64,000 nt of DNA from Macrostomum lignano (GCA_002269645.1 NIVC01001014.1:62001-126000), one strand, 5' to 3'; shown: positions 48,733 to 60,250, numbered from the stretch's first letter. Program-made: numbers and translations. Notes: generated from the sequence alone by a model not told the origin.

Positions 48733-51694
48733 AGGTTATTAACAAACTACTGTTCAGGCTTATTGAAGTTATTGCTCTTGTCTGCCTAAATAGATAGGTA
48801 AAACTACAAAATAGAAGTTTCCATTGTCACAGTTGATGTCTATGAATGCCATGGAATGGCCCTTTCCATCTCAGTGGCCAAACAAGCTAAGTGTTTACAA
48901 GCTAAATGGGAAAAGACTGAGACATCCATAATGGTATTGGCTTAGTCTCGCCTATATATACTTAACTCAAAAGCCAAACTCTGCTTAACGGAGTTAAGCC
49001 ATGACAGCGTGCACTTGACAAGCTACATTGGAATTAATTCGCTTACGTTTGGATCTCCCAATGAACTGGGAAATATATAAGCCAGAATTATCGTTCAACT
49101 TTATAATATTTTCACATTCAAAGAAATTGTTGTTAAACTAATTGCTAGATTGATGAACTGCATAATTTGTGTAGCTTTTGTTTTCGAACTTTGATACATG
49201 CGAATAATCGTCAAAAAGTTGGACTAAAAAACCGCTAAACTGCGAATATTTCAGTATCAAATTTTTCACTCACTGACTTAATGTTGGCTGGCAAACGTCG
49301 GCAGGCAAACGTCGCTATCCCCCCAAGACGTCAGGATCACGAACATGTGGGCGACCTATCCTAGGCTGTCCTTCCATCTTGAAGCTAGTAGTATTCATGG
49401 ATAAATTCGCTGAGATTCAGTAGATAGATTCAGTGAGATTCAGTAGATAGATTCACTGAGATTCAGTAGACAGATTCAGTGAGATTCAGTAGATAGATTC
49501 AATGAGATTCAGTAGATAGATTCAGTGAGATTCAGTAGATAGATTCACTGAGATTCAGTAGATAGATTCACTGAGATTCAGTAGATAGATTCACTGAGAT
49601 TCAGTAGATAGATTCACTGAGATTCAGTAGATAGATTCACTGAGATTCAGTAGATAGATTCACTGAGATTCAGTAGATACGAGCGTAGATTCAGTGAGAT
49701 TCAGTAGATAGATTCACTGAGATTCAGTAGATAGATTCACTGAGATTCAGTAGATAGATTCACTGAGATTCAGTAGATAGATTCAGTGAGATTCAGTAGA
49801 TAGATTCACTGAGATTCAGTAGATAAATTCAGTGAGATTCAGATAGATAGATTCTCTGAGATTCAGATAGATAGATCCAGTGAGATTCAGATAGATAGAT
49901 TCACTGAGATTCAGTAGATAGATTCAGGGAGGTTCAGTGAGATCCTTGAGATTTACTGACGTTCAGTGAGATTCAATGAGAGTTAGTGAGATTCTGTGGG
50001 GCTCAGTGAGATTCAGTGGGGCTGAGTGAGATTCAGTGGGGCTGAGTGAGATTCAGTGAGATTCTGTGGGGCTCAGTGAGATTCAGTGGGGCTGAGTGAG
50101 ATTCAGTGAAATTCTGTGGGGCTCAGTGAGATTCAGTGGGGCTGAGTGAGATTCAGTGAGATTCAGTGGGGCTGAGTGAGATTCAGTGAGATTCAGTGGG
50201 GCTGAGTGAGATTCAGTGGGGCTGAGTGAGATTCTGTGGGGCTGAGTGAGATTCAGTGAAATTCTGTGGGGCTCAGTGAGATTCAGTGGGGCTGAGTGAG
50301 ATTCAGTGAGATTCAGTGGGGCTGAGTGAGATTCAGTGAGATTCAGTGGGGCTGAGTGAGATTCAGTGAGATTCAGTGGGGCTGAGTGAGATTCAGTGGG
50401 GCTGAGTGAGATTCAGTGGGGCTGAGTGAGATTCTGTGGGGCTGAGTGAGATTCTGTGGGGCTCAGTGAGATTCTGTGGGGCTGAGTGAGATTCAGTGGG
50501 GCTCAGTGAGATTCAGTGGGGCTGAGTGAGATTCAGTGAGGCTCAGTGAGATTCAGTGGGGCTGAGTGAGATTCAGTGAGATTCAGTAGAATCTGTCATA
50601 CGGCCAATTGCTAGGCTGTCCTTCCGTGCGGCTTCAATTTAGTCGCACGCAGAAGTGATATTAATTAAGCTAATTAGTCAAATTCCCTCACCTCCTTGCT
50701 AAAGACTGAGAGACAGAGCGAGTATACAGGGGCAACGAAACCTTCGCGATTTAATATAAAAGAAAAAACGAAGCTACGGTTGTCTAATTGCATGTAGGTC
50801 TGTTAATTAAAGCCTCTAAAACTGACTGACTGACTTCTTTTACTTTGCTAATTGTAACGAGCATTGCTTTCGAGTTGCATAACGGATTTAAAAAATTAAA
50901 GAGGAGAAAAAAAGAGAGTAGACATCTAAGAGCATCATTTTTATTTAGTATATAAGACTGCAGGTCTGAGTCATAAGTTTTCGATCTTATAATGCTGTCT
51001 AGGGCCGTAGCTCAGCGGTCTAGCGTAGCGCTCTGATGTGCCAGCGGCCCAGGCTCGATTCCTAATTCTGCAGTCAAATTCATTTGGGGCTAAATTGGAA
51101 TCTCGGCTTGGCTCTGCTCGTGCAATTAACGCCCTTGAGGCCCAACCATTAAGGCACAGTGAAGTGTACATGCCTAACGATAATATAAAGTTAGGGCCGC
51201 TGTACACTCCTGTGCGAGTGTGTGCCTGTGCGTATGACTGCGTACGTATCCGCGTGCTTGTATGCCTGCTCAGGAGAGTCGGCGTTTGTGTGACAAGATT
51301 GCACAGGATGCTCATAGCCTCTTGCTTCGAATTAAATAAAGGCCTTCCTACCTCTCCTTGGCAGCCCTACCGTCTGCTGCCCTACTTCGAGCCCGTATTT
51401 GTAGACGGAGTCGGCAAATGCGGCATCCGATTCGATTCGGATCGGAATCTGGCCAGGTTGAGCAGCCCGGTGCCCGTGCTGATCATTCACGCCCAGGACG
51501 ATCGGGTGGTGCCCATAGAGCTGGGCAGACAGCTCAGAGACTATCTGAACACGGCACGGGGTGGCGCCGATATTAGCGCCGTTCGTTTCTTAGAATTGCC
51601 GGCCAACAAAGGCTACAAGCACACCAGGGCGGTGGATGCGCCAGAGGTTTACGTTGAATTTCAGCGTCTAATTGAAACCACTCGAGGTTTATAG
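46279..51694 (+). CDS. ABHD12: ABHD12-like alpha/beta hydrolase; contains an in-frame TGA (possible null allele or pseudogene)
   Basis: Exons 46279-46432, 46684-46980, 47113-47242, 48081-48204, 51365-51694. TM segment IYVIVPLIVYLYPGILTSVVFFN; LLYYHGNALNRGG; DYRGYGDS; nucleophile WGHSLGTG; LVLESPFNNI; LIIHAQDDRVVP; GYKH. TGA at 46797-46799. Confidence 0.9.
46455..46620. repeat. 23-bp minisatellite, ABHD12 intron 1
   Basis: Unit CATGAGAATCAGTTTGATCCCA(T/C). Confidence 0.9.
47300..47915. repeat. About 19-bp imperfect minisatellite, ABHD12 intron 3
   Basis: Unit approximately AAAACACGCCCACCACCCC. Confidence 0.9.
48301..49314. mobile_element. TIR element carrying a (CTA)n microsatellite (48455-48732), ABHD12 intron 4
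   Basis: CGACGTTTGCCAGCCGACGTTTGCCAGCC at 48319 and its inverted copy ending at 49314; flanked by GCTAT(C4/C6)AAGACG direct repeats at 48286-48300 and 49314-49330. Confidence 0.6.
49415..50590. repeat. Compound 23-bp and 10/20-bp minisatellite, ABHD12 intron 4
   Basis: TGAGATTCAGTAGATAGATTCAC followed by TGAGATTCAGTGGGGCTGAG variants; flanked by the 15-bp direct repeat CTAGGCTGTCCTTCC. Confidence 0.95.
51002..51330 (+). mobile_element. tRNA-derived SINE, family A (best preserved copy)
   Basis: GGGCCGTAGCTCAGCGGTCTAGCG..GGCTCGATTCC head; colinear with 15855-16175. Confidence 0.8.
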
Positions 51695-52349
51695 ATTATT
51701 TATTAGTGCAAGTCGTTACTAATAGTAGTTTTATGAGATTGAAAATTTCTATTTTTATACGGCTCAAAAATAGGATGGATTATTAATTACTGGTTTTGAA
51801 ATTTATTGTTTTTACGATTTATAAGAAAGATTTGTAAGTTCCTATAATGCTGTCTAGGGCCGTAGCTCAGCGGTACATAGCTACCGATATGTAGTGTAAA
51901 TCTCTTTATTAAATAGCGATTTTTAATAGTATGCTGTTATAAAAATTTTAGAACAAACGGAGAATAAAGAGAATTTTCAGTGATAGTGGAATTGTAATTC
52001 ACTCAGAATAGATTGGTGCTATCTGCCGATATGTATCGTAGGACACTTTGTTCGGGCGTATACGGATTTTTTTTCAAATTTCGTTTCTCAGAAATTTTCG
52101 AGCTAAATAATTAATTTTCTCGCGTGAAAATGTTTTTTATTTGCAAATAGGTATTCCGTTTCTATGCTTTGTGCTTAATTTCTCAAAACTAGTGATATGT
52201 CAAGCAGTGCATAACTATTAGTTATTAATTAATCTAATTTCTTCTTTCACGATTTTTTAAGGATTTTACGTTTTGTCAACTCAATGTTTAATTCCTAATT
52301 TATGGTTAAAAGCTAAAAAGTAGTAAGCTTAAGCGTTGAAGTTAAAGCG

Positions 52350-52595
52350 GATATAACCAGAAGGATCTAGAATACAACACGGATGTAACCCGAAAGATCT
52401 AGAATACAACACGGATATAACCCGAAAGATCTAGAATATAACACAGATATAACCCAAAGGGTCTAGAATATAACACGGATATAACCCAAAGGGTCTAGAA
52501 TATAACACGGATATAACCCAAAGGGTCTAGAATATAACACGGATATAACCCATAGATCTAGAATATAACATGGATATAACCCAAAGATCTAGAAT
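52350..52595. repeat. 32-bp minisatellite between ABHD12 and FUCA
   Basis: Unit GGATATAACCCAAAGGGTCTAGAATATAACAC. Confidence 0.9.
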
Positions 52596-53002
52596 AGGTT
52601 TTAATCTCCTTACTTTAGCTTGCCTTGCAAAAGTTCTATAATAGTAGTCATCTATATAACGGTATAGTAGTCATATAATTGTTTACATTCGATGTTACAC
52701 CCGTTATATAAGCTATACTGTAGTTGATTTTTGTCACAAAATGCATTGCGCTGTTACATGTACTATGATTTCCTATTTACTAGATTTTTATATTGCTACA
52801 AATACTTTAATTGTTAGCGTTTTATTATCTAATTAGCAAATAAACTTCTAGCAGATTCAATATACTTTAAGCCATAATAGTTTAAATTTAATTTCGTCAA
52901 TTTTTCGTGAAATCAATAAAGTCAAAAATTATAGATCGTGCATAATATTATGCCTACTATACTTATGATAATATTTCAGCTTCTCTCGTAAAAAATCCTG
53001 AA

Positions 53003-56000
53003 ATGCGCTTAACAAAGCTACTAACAGTAGCATCATTTGCATTCTGTCTGGCCTCGCTCTGCCAGTGCCGCTACACGCCCGATTGGGCCTCGTTGGATTC
53101 GCGCCCTCTGCCCGCCTGGTACGACCAGAGTAAAATTGGCATCTTTATCCACTGGGGCGTGTTCTCGGTGCCCTCCTACCACAGCGAGTGGTTCTGGTGG
53201 TACTGGCAGGGCACGGACAAACAGAAGGACGTGGTGAACTTTATGAAACAGAATTATCCTCCCGGTTTCACCTACGCCGATTTTGCGCCAAAGTTTAAGG
53301 CGACATTTTTTAATCCGGACCAATGGGCGGAGCTTTTCGACTCGGCTGGTGCAAAGTACGTCGTGTTCACTAGCAAGCATCACGAGGGCTATTGCAACTG
53401 GGATACTGCTTATAGTTTCAATTGGAACTCGGTACGTTTCAAGGTCGATTTTGTTGTATTTTAAAAAGGCCTAATTTTTCTGTCTTTTAAAGACCGAATT
53501 TCGTATCTTTAATGCGATTTTGCAGCGTTTTGAAGGCCGATATTCTCGGGGTTTTGAAGGCCGATGTTTTCAGGGTTTTGAAGGCCGATATTTTCAGGGT
53601 TTTGAAGGCCGATATTTTCAGGGTTTTGAAGGCCGATATTTTCAGGGTTTTGAAGGCCGATTGTTGCAGGGTTTTGAAGGCCGATATTCGCAGGGTTTTG
53701 AAGGCCGATTGTTGCAGGATTTTGAAGACCGATTGTTGCAGGGTTTTGAAGACCGATTGTTGCAGGGTTTTGAAGACCGATTGTTGCAGGGTTTTGAAGA
53801 CCGATTGTTGCAGGGTTTTGAAGACCGATTGTTGCAGGGTTTTCAAGGCCGATATTCGCAGGGTTTTGAAGGCTGATATTCGCAGGGTTTTGAAGGCCGA
53901 TTGTTGCAGGGTTTTCAAGGCCGATATTCGCAGGGTTTTGAAGGCTGATATTCGCAGGGTTTTGAAGGCCGATTGTTGCAGGGTTTTCAAGGCCGATATT
54001 CGCAGGGTTTTGAAGGCTGATATTCGCAGGGTTTTGAATGCCGATTATTGCAGGGTTTTGAAGACCGATTGTTGCAGGGTTTTCAAGGCCGATATTCGCA
54101 GGGTTTTGAAGGCTGATATTCGCAGGGTTTTGAAGGCCGATTGTTGCAGGGTTTTCAAGGCCGATATTCGCAGGGTTTTGAAGGCTGATATTCGCAGGGT
54201 TTTGAATGCCGATTGTTGCAGGGTTTTCAAGGCCGATTGTTACAGGGTTTTGAAAGCCGATTGTTGCAGGGTTTTGAAGACCGATTTTTGCGACCTTTTC
54301 AAAGCCAATTCTCGCTGCATTTTAAACATTGTTTTTTGTTTTACTCAAAGGGACAACTATTGAGCTATTGACCTCCTAGAAACAATTTTAAATTCTTTGG
54401 AAGAGAAATTCTTTTAGTTAGAAGAATGTGTTTGTTACATTTTTAACAAGTTGTTTATAGTTAATCGACCCCTGGTCCGATTCCGTGCGTTACAAAATTG
54501 TCAAACCTATTTTATTGTCAAAATTATCAAATTGGCGCGCTTGTACATGCTCAGTCAGCGGAATGGGCATATCAAAATCAGGCTCCGATGTGAACTCATA
54601 TTTTCAATGCTTAAAACCTGGATTCGCAGAAGCAAGTCGGCCCCAACCGCGACCTCGTTGCTGATTTGGCGGCCGCGATCCGGAAGCGTCCCGGCCTTCG
54701 GTTCGGCCTCTACCATTCCCTGTACGAATGGTTCAACCCGCTGTACCAGAATGACCAGCGCTCCCAGTTCAAGACCAGAGATTTTGTCCTGTCTAAAACC
54801 ATGCCGGAGCTGTACGAGTTGGTTAATCGCTTCAAACCTGATGTCGTATGGAGCGATGGAGACTGGGACGCCCCGGCGGAGTATTGGAATTCCACCGGGT
54901 TCTTAGCCTGGCTTTATAACGACAGTCCAGTCAATGATAGCGTAGTTACTAACGATCGTTGGGGCAAAGGTGTCATGTGCAATCACGGCGGTTATTACAC
55001 CTGTCAGGACCGGTACAATCCGGGCATTTTGCAGCCTCATAAATGGGAGAATTGCATGACTCTGGATAAGCAGAGCTGGGGCTATCGGCGGGATGCCCGG
55101 CTGGCCGACTATCTGACGCCTCAGGAGCTGCTGAGTGAGTAGGCCTGATTGTAATTGATCATTTTAGTGCCCTGATTTGACCTCGGTATATTGACTCTTG
55201 ATTTCTTGCTCTTTGAAGTCACGTGACTTAGTTTACTTTAGTTGGGTCTAACGTAACCTGCTCCGTTGACTTTGGTGTCACGTGACTGCATTCTCCATAG
55301 TTTTTTATAGTTGTTTGTCACGTGACCTCATAGATTGCTGTAGTTGTGTGTGGCACGTGACCTCATAGATTGCTGTAGTTGTGTGTGGCACGTGACCTCA
55401 TAAATTGCTGTAGTTGTGTGTGTCACGTGACCTCATAGATTGCTGTAGTTGTGTGTGTCACGTGACCTCATAGATTGCTGTAGTTGTGTGTGTCACGTGA
55501 CCTCATGGATTGCTGTAGTTGTGTGTGTCACGTGACCTCATAGATTGCTGTAGTTGTGTGTGTCACGTGACCTCATGGATTGCTGTAGTTGTGTGTGTCA
55601 CGTGACCTCATAGATTGCTGTAGTTGTGTGTGTCACGTGACCTCATGGATTGCTGTAGTTGTGTGCGTCACGTGACCTCATAGATTGCTGTAGTTGTGTG
55701 TGTCACGTGACCTCATGGATTTCTGTAGTTGTGTGTGTCACGTGACTTCATAGATTGCTGTAGTTGTGTGTGTCACGTGACCTCATGGATTGCTGTAGTT
55801 GTGTGTGTCACGTGACCTCATGGATTGCTGTAGTTGTATGCGTCACGTGACCTCATAGATTGCTGTAGTTGTGTGTGTCACGTGACCTCATGGATTGCTG
55901 TAGTTGTGTGTGTCACGTGACCTCATAGATTGCTGTAGTTGTGTGTGTCACGTGACCTCATGGATTGCTGTAGTTGTGTGTGTCACGTGACCTCATGGAT

Positions 56001-57019
56001 TGCTGTAGTTGTGTGTGTCACGTGACCTCATAGATTGCTGTAGTTGTGTGTGTCACGTGACCTCATGGATTGCTGTAGTTGTGTGCGTCACGTGACCTCA
56101 TAGATTGCTGTAGTTGTGTGTGTCACGTGACCTCATGGATTTCTGTAGTTGTGTGTCACGTGACTTCATAGATTGCTGTAGTTGTGTGTGTCACGTGACC
56201 TCATGGATTGCTGTAGTTGTGTGTGTTACGTGACCTCATGGATTGCTGTAGTTGTATGCGTCACGTGACCTCATAGATTGCTGTAGTTGTGTGTGTCACG
56301 TGACCTCATGGATTGCTGTAGTTGTGTGTGTCACGTGACCTCATAGATTGCTGTAGTTGTGTGTGTCACGTGACCTCATGGATTGCTGTAGTTGTGTGTG
56401 TCACGTGACCTCATGGATTGCTGTAGTTGTGTGTGTCACTTGACCTCATGGATTGCTGTAGTTGTGTGTGTCACGTGACCTCATGGATTGCTGTAGTTGT
56501 GTGTGTCACTACTAGATGTTCTCTCCCCCCACAGGCACCCTAGCAACCACAATCAGCTGCGGCGGCAACCTGCTAGTTAACGTCGGTCCAACAGCCGACG
56601 GCACAATCGACCCGGTGATGGAGGAGCGGCTCAGGCAACTGGGCAGCTGGCTCAGAACCAACGGCGAAGCGGTGTACAACTCGACACCCTGGAGTAGGCA
56701 GAATGACACCGCCACCAGCGGAGTGTGGTACACACAGCGGGCCGGCTCTGTGTACGCCTTCTTGCTGACCTGGCCGGCTAACGATCGGCTGTTGCTAGGC
56801 TCCGTTGCCATGGCAACCAATGTCACCCTTTTGGGTCATCCGAAGCGACCGGCATTTTCAGCTACGCCGAAGGGTTTGTCGGTGGCTCTGCCAAGTCTGG
56901 ATGGCACAGGGCTGCGCTGGGCTTGGGTGCTGCGGCTCGACGGAGTGAAGCCTCCAAAGTCAGCGGAGCGGCCGCGCATCTTCGAGCCGATGCCGAATAG
57001 AGAGTTCGATCGGCTGTAG
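53003..57019 (+). CDS. FUCA: Alpha-L-fucosidase (GH29), secreted/lysosomal
   Basis: Exons 53003-53431, 54630-55134, 56535-57019. Signal peptide, then [33 protein letters not shown]; TSKHHEG; YHSLYEW; nucleophile WSDGDW; NDRWG; KWENCMT; [13 protein letters not shown]. Confidence 0.97.
53520..54295. repeat. 24-bp minisatellite, FUCA intron 1
   Basis: Unit CAGGGTTTTGAAGGCCGAT(ATTCG/TGTTG). Confidence 0.95.
55308..56510. repeat. 35-bp minisatellite containing the GTCACGTGAC palindrome, FUCA intron 2
   Basis: Unit GTCACGTGACCTCAT(G/A)GATTGCTGTAGTTGTGTGT, about 34 copies. Confidence 0.97.
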
Positions 57020-57109
57020 ATTGGGAAGCAGAGTTGGGGACTGTTGGTGACTCTTTTTATATACTGTGCGATTGCCATTGTCACTCTTGCAATACGGTTT
57101 TCACTCCAG

Positions 57110-57755
57110 GTCTGTCACTCTGATATTGTCACTGCGATTGTCACTCTAAGATTGTCACTCTGAGATTTTCACTCTGAAATTGTCACTCTGAGATTGTCAC
57201 GCTAAGTTTGTCACTCTGAGATTGTCACTCTGAGATTGTCACTCTAAGCTTGTCACTCTAAGCTTGTCACTCTGAGATTGTCACGCTAAGTTTGTCACTA
57301 TGAGATTGTCACTCTAAGATTGTCACTCTAAGCTTGTCACTCTGAGATTGTCACTAAGATTTTCACTCTAAGATTGTCACTCTAAGCTTGTCACTCTGAG
57401 ATTGTCACTAAGATTTTCACTCTAAGATTGTCACTCTAAAATTATCACTCTGAGATTGTCACTCTAAGCTTGTCACTCTGAGATTGTCACGCTAAGTTTG
57501 TCACTCTGATATTGTCACTAATTTTGTCACTCTGAGATTGTCAGTAAGATTGTCACTCTGAGATTGTCACTCTGGGATTTTCACTGAAGTTTTTTATTAC
57601 GAGTATCCCTTCTTGATTCTCATTTATTATTGTCACCCTCTGCAATCTGTCAGTTTCTCCCTCTGTCACCCTCTGCAATCTGTCAGTTTCTCCCTCTGTC
57701 ACCCTCTGCAATCTGTCAGTTTCTCCCTCTGTTACCCTCTGCAATCTGTCAGTTT
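57110..57755. repeat. 14-bp (ATTGTCACTCTGAG, 57110-57565) and 33-bp (57630-57755) arrays between FUCA and UROS
   Basis: Direct inspection. Confidence 0.9.
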
Positions 57756-57796
57756 CCGTTATTGCAATTTTACAAACAATTTGCTCTACCCATCAG

Positions 57797-60127
57797 GCTG
57801 TGCAGTCGAACTTCTCAACCTCCGAGTTCGAACCCGCCGTCCTCAGTCCGCACGAGTTCCTACCGTGCAAACGCAACGACAGCGACGAAACTTCCCGTGA
57901 TGTCGTTGGCGACTCCTCAGAGGAGGATTCAAATCTAGCAGTCATTTTCACCAGCAAACGGGCCGTGCAGTTCTTTTCCGCTGTCTGCCGCAGCCCACGC
58001 CGCCTCTGCTACGCTGTGGGCCCTGCCACCGCCCAGGCTGCCGCCAGCGTTGCCGGCTTCGTAGAAGTTCGCGGCGGAGCCGCCTGCGGCAATGCTGACG
58101 CTCTGTGCGACTTGGTTGAGGCTGGTTGGTGCTGGACCTCAGTTGCTGGGCCAGCCTCCCAGATCCTCAGTTGCTGTGCCAGCCTCCCATATCCTCAGTT
58201 GCTGGGCCAGCCTCCCAGATCCTCAGTTGATGGGCCAGCCTCCCAGATCCTCAGTTGCTGGGCCAGCCTCCCATATCCTCAGTTGCTGGGCCAGCCTCCC
58301 AGATCCTCAGTTGATGGGCCAGCCTCCCAGATCCTCAGTTGCTGGGCCAGCCTCCCAAATCCTCAGTTGCTGGGCCAGCCTCCCAGATCCTCAGTTGCTG
58401 GGCCAGCCTCCCAGATCCTCAGTTGCTGGGCCAGCCTCCCAGATCCTCAGTCGCTGGGCCAGCCTCCCAGATCCTCAGTTGCTGGGCCAGCCTCCCAGAG
58501 TGTCAGTTGCTGGGCCAGCCTCCCAGAGTGTCAGTTGCTGGGCCAGCCTCCCAGATCCTCAGTTGCTGGGCCAGCCTCCCAGATCCTCAGTTGCTGGGCC
58601 AGCCTCCCAGATCCTCAGTCGCTGGGCCAGCCTCCCAGATCCTCAGTTGCTGGGCCAGCCTCCCAGAGTGTCAGTTGCTGGGCCAGCCTCCCAAATCCTC
58701 AGTTGCTGGGCCAGCCTCCCAGAGTGTCAGTTGCTGGGCCAGCCTCCCAGATCCTCAGTTGCTGGGCCAGCCTCCCAGATCCTCAGTTGCTGGGCCAGCC
58801 TCCCAGATCCCCAGTTGCTGGGCCAGCCTCCCAGAGTGTCAGTTGCTGGGCCAGCCTCCCAGAGTGTCAGTTGCTGGGCCAGCCTCCCAGATCCTCAGTT
58901 GCTGGGCCAGCCTCCCAGATCCTCAGTTGCTGGGCCAGCCTCCCAGATCCTCAGTTGCTGGGCCAGCCTCCCAGATCCCCAGTTGCTGGGCCAGCCTCCC
59001 AGAGTGTCAGTTGCTGGGCCAGCCTCCCAGAGTGTCAGTTGCTGGGCCAGCCTCCCAGATCCTCAGTTGCTGGGCCAGCCTCCCAGATCCTCAGTCGCTG
59101 GGCCAGCCTCCCAGAGTGTCAGTTGCTGGGCCAGCCTCCCAGAGTGTCAGTTGCTGGGCCAGCCTCCCAGAGTGTCAGTTGCTGGGCCAGCCTCCCAGAT
59201 CCTCAGTTGCTGGGCCAGCCTCCCAGATCCTCAGTCGCTGGGCCAGCCTCCCAGAGTGTCAGTTGCTGGGCCAGCCTCCCAGAGTGTCAGTTGCTGGGCC
59301 AGCCTCCCAGAGTGTCAGTTGCTGGGCCAGCCTCCCAGAGTGTCAGTTGCTGGGCCAGCCTCCCAGAGTGTCAGTTGCTGGGCCAGCCTCCCAGATCCTC
59401 AGTCGCTGGCCCAGCCTCCCAGAGTGTCAGTTGCTGGGCCAGCCTCCCAGAGTGTCAGTTGCTGGGCCAGCCTCCCAAATCCTCAGTTGCTGGGCCAGCC
59501 TCCCAGAACTAAATCGTGGGTAATTTTGTGCCCATAAACCCAATCAAAGCAGTATGAATAAAGTGCAATCTTTGCAGAGCTGCAACCTGAGGTTCACAAG
59601 CTGCTGTTTCCATGCGGCAGGGTGCGCAAGAGCACGGTGGAGACCCGTCTGGCCAGCTTCCGCCTCACAGTGATGGAGCTTTACGATGCTGTGGAGAAGA
59701 AAGATTTGGGCCGAGAAATCCAGCAAATTGTAAGTGCATTGAAACGCTTGACACTTGTTTTATAATTTGTCGGGGTTATTTTTACAAATGGGGTTTTGCT
59801 ACACCTGTTGAATTGATTCAGGAGCCGCAGCACAAGCAGCTTGTCTTGGCCTTCTTCAGCCCTAGTTCGGTTTCCATGGTGATGAAGCACCTGTACACGA
59901 GCTGTTACGATGATGTAAAGGTAACGAGTAACAATAATGAATATCCGTTTTCAAGCTGTAAAATTCTTAGAAACTATCAGCTCAAATTTCGATCGTTTTA
60001 GCTAATCTCGATTGGTCCGTCAACCAGTCACCGACTCAAGGAGTTGCTGCCGCACAATCAGTGTTTCGAATGTCGAACACCTTCTGTTGATGCATTTTTA
60101 CATGCTCTGCGTCTTTGTCGTCAGTAG
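57797..60127 (+). CDS. UROS: Uroporphyrinogen-III synthase (HemD-like); no genomic start codon found
   Basis: Exons 57797-58124, 59578-59729, 59822-59920, 60002-60127 in consistent phase. VIFTSKRAV, YAVGPAT, CGNADAL, LLFPCG, FFSPS and ISIGPST match UROS motifs. Confidence 0.9.
58135..59508 (+). repeat. 28-bp minisatellite, UROS intron 1, about 49 copies
   Basis: Unit CCTCCCAG(ATCC/AGTG)TCAGTTGCTGGGCCAG. Confidence 0.97.
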
Positions 60128-60250
60128 TATATTGGTAACTTGTAATCGAATTAATTCGTCTAAAATATAAGATTGCGATTTTTCTAACTGCTCTGCTGTT
60201 AGTGCAAATACGACTAAACATACTATAAAATATTATAATATCGTTTTTTA

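Noticed and set aside
51038-51364. 218-aa ORF running through SINE-A into the last ABHD12 exon (possible exonisation)
   Set aside because: A good acceptor at 51364 joins exon 4 in phase and restores ABHD12 colinearity; the open frame across the SINE is probably chance.
1815-59508. CRISPR-like appearance of the regular repeats
   Set aside because: Units are head-to-tail with no unique spacers, no cas genes are present, and the context is eukaryotic and intronic.
57800-59537. Long ORFs (570, 481 and 394 aa) across the 28-bp array, and similar ORFs over other arrays (41781-42365, 45364-46178, 53487-54363)
   Set aside because: These are stop-free translations of tandem repeats lying within introns or spacers; only 57797-58124 is coding (UROS).
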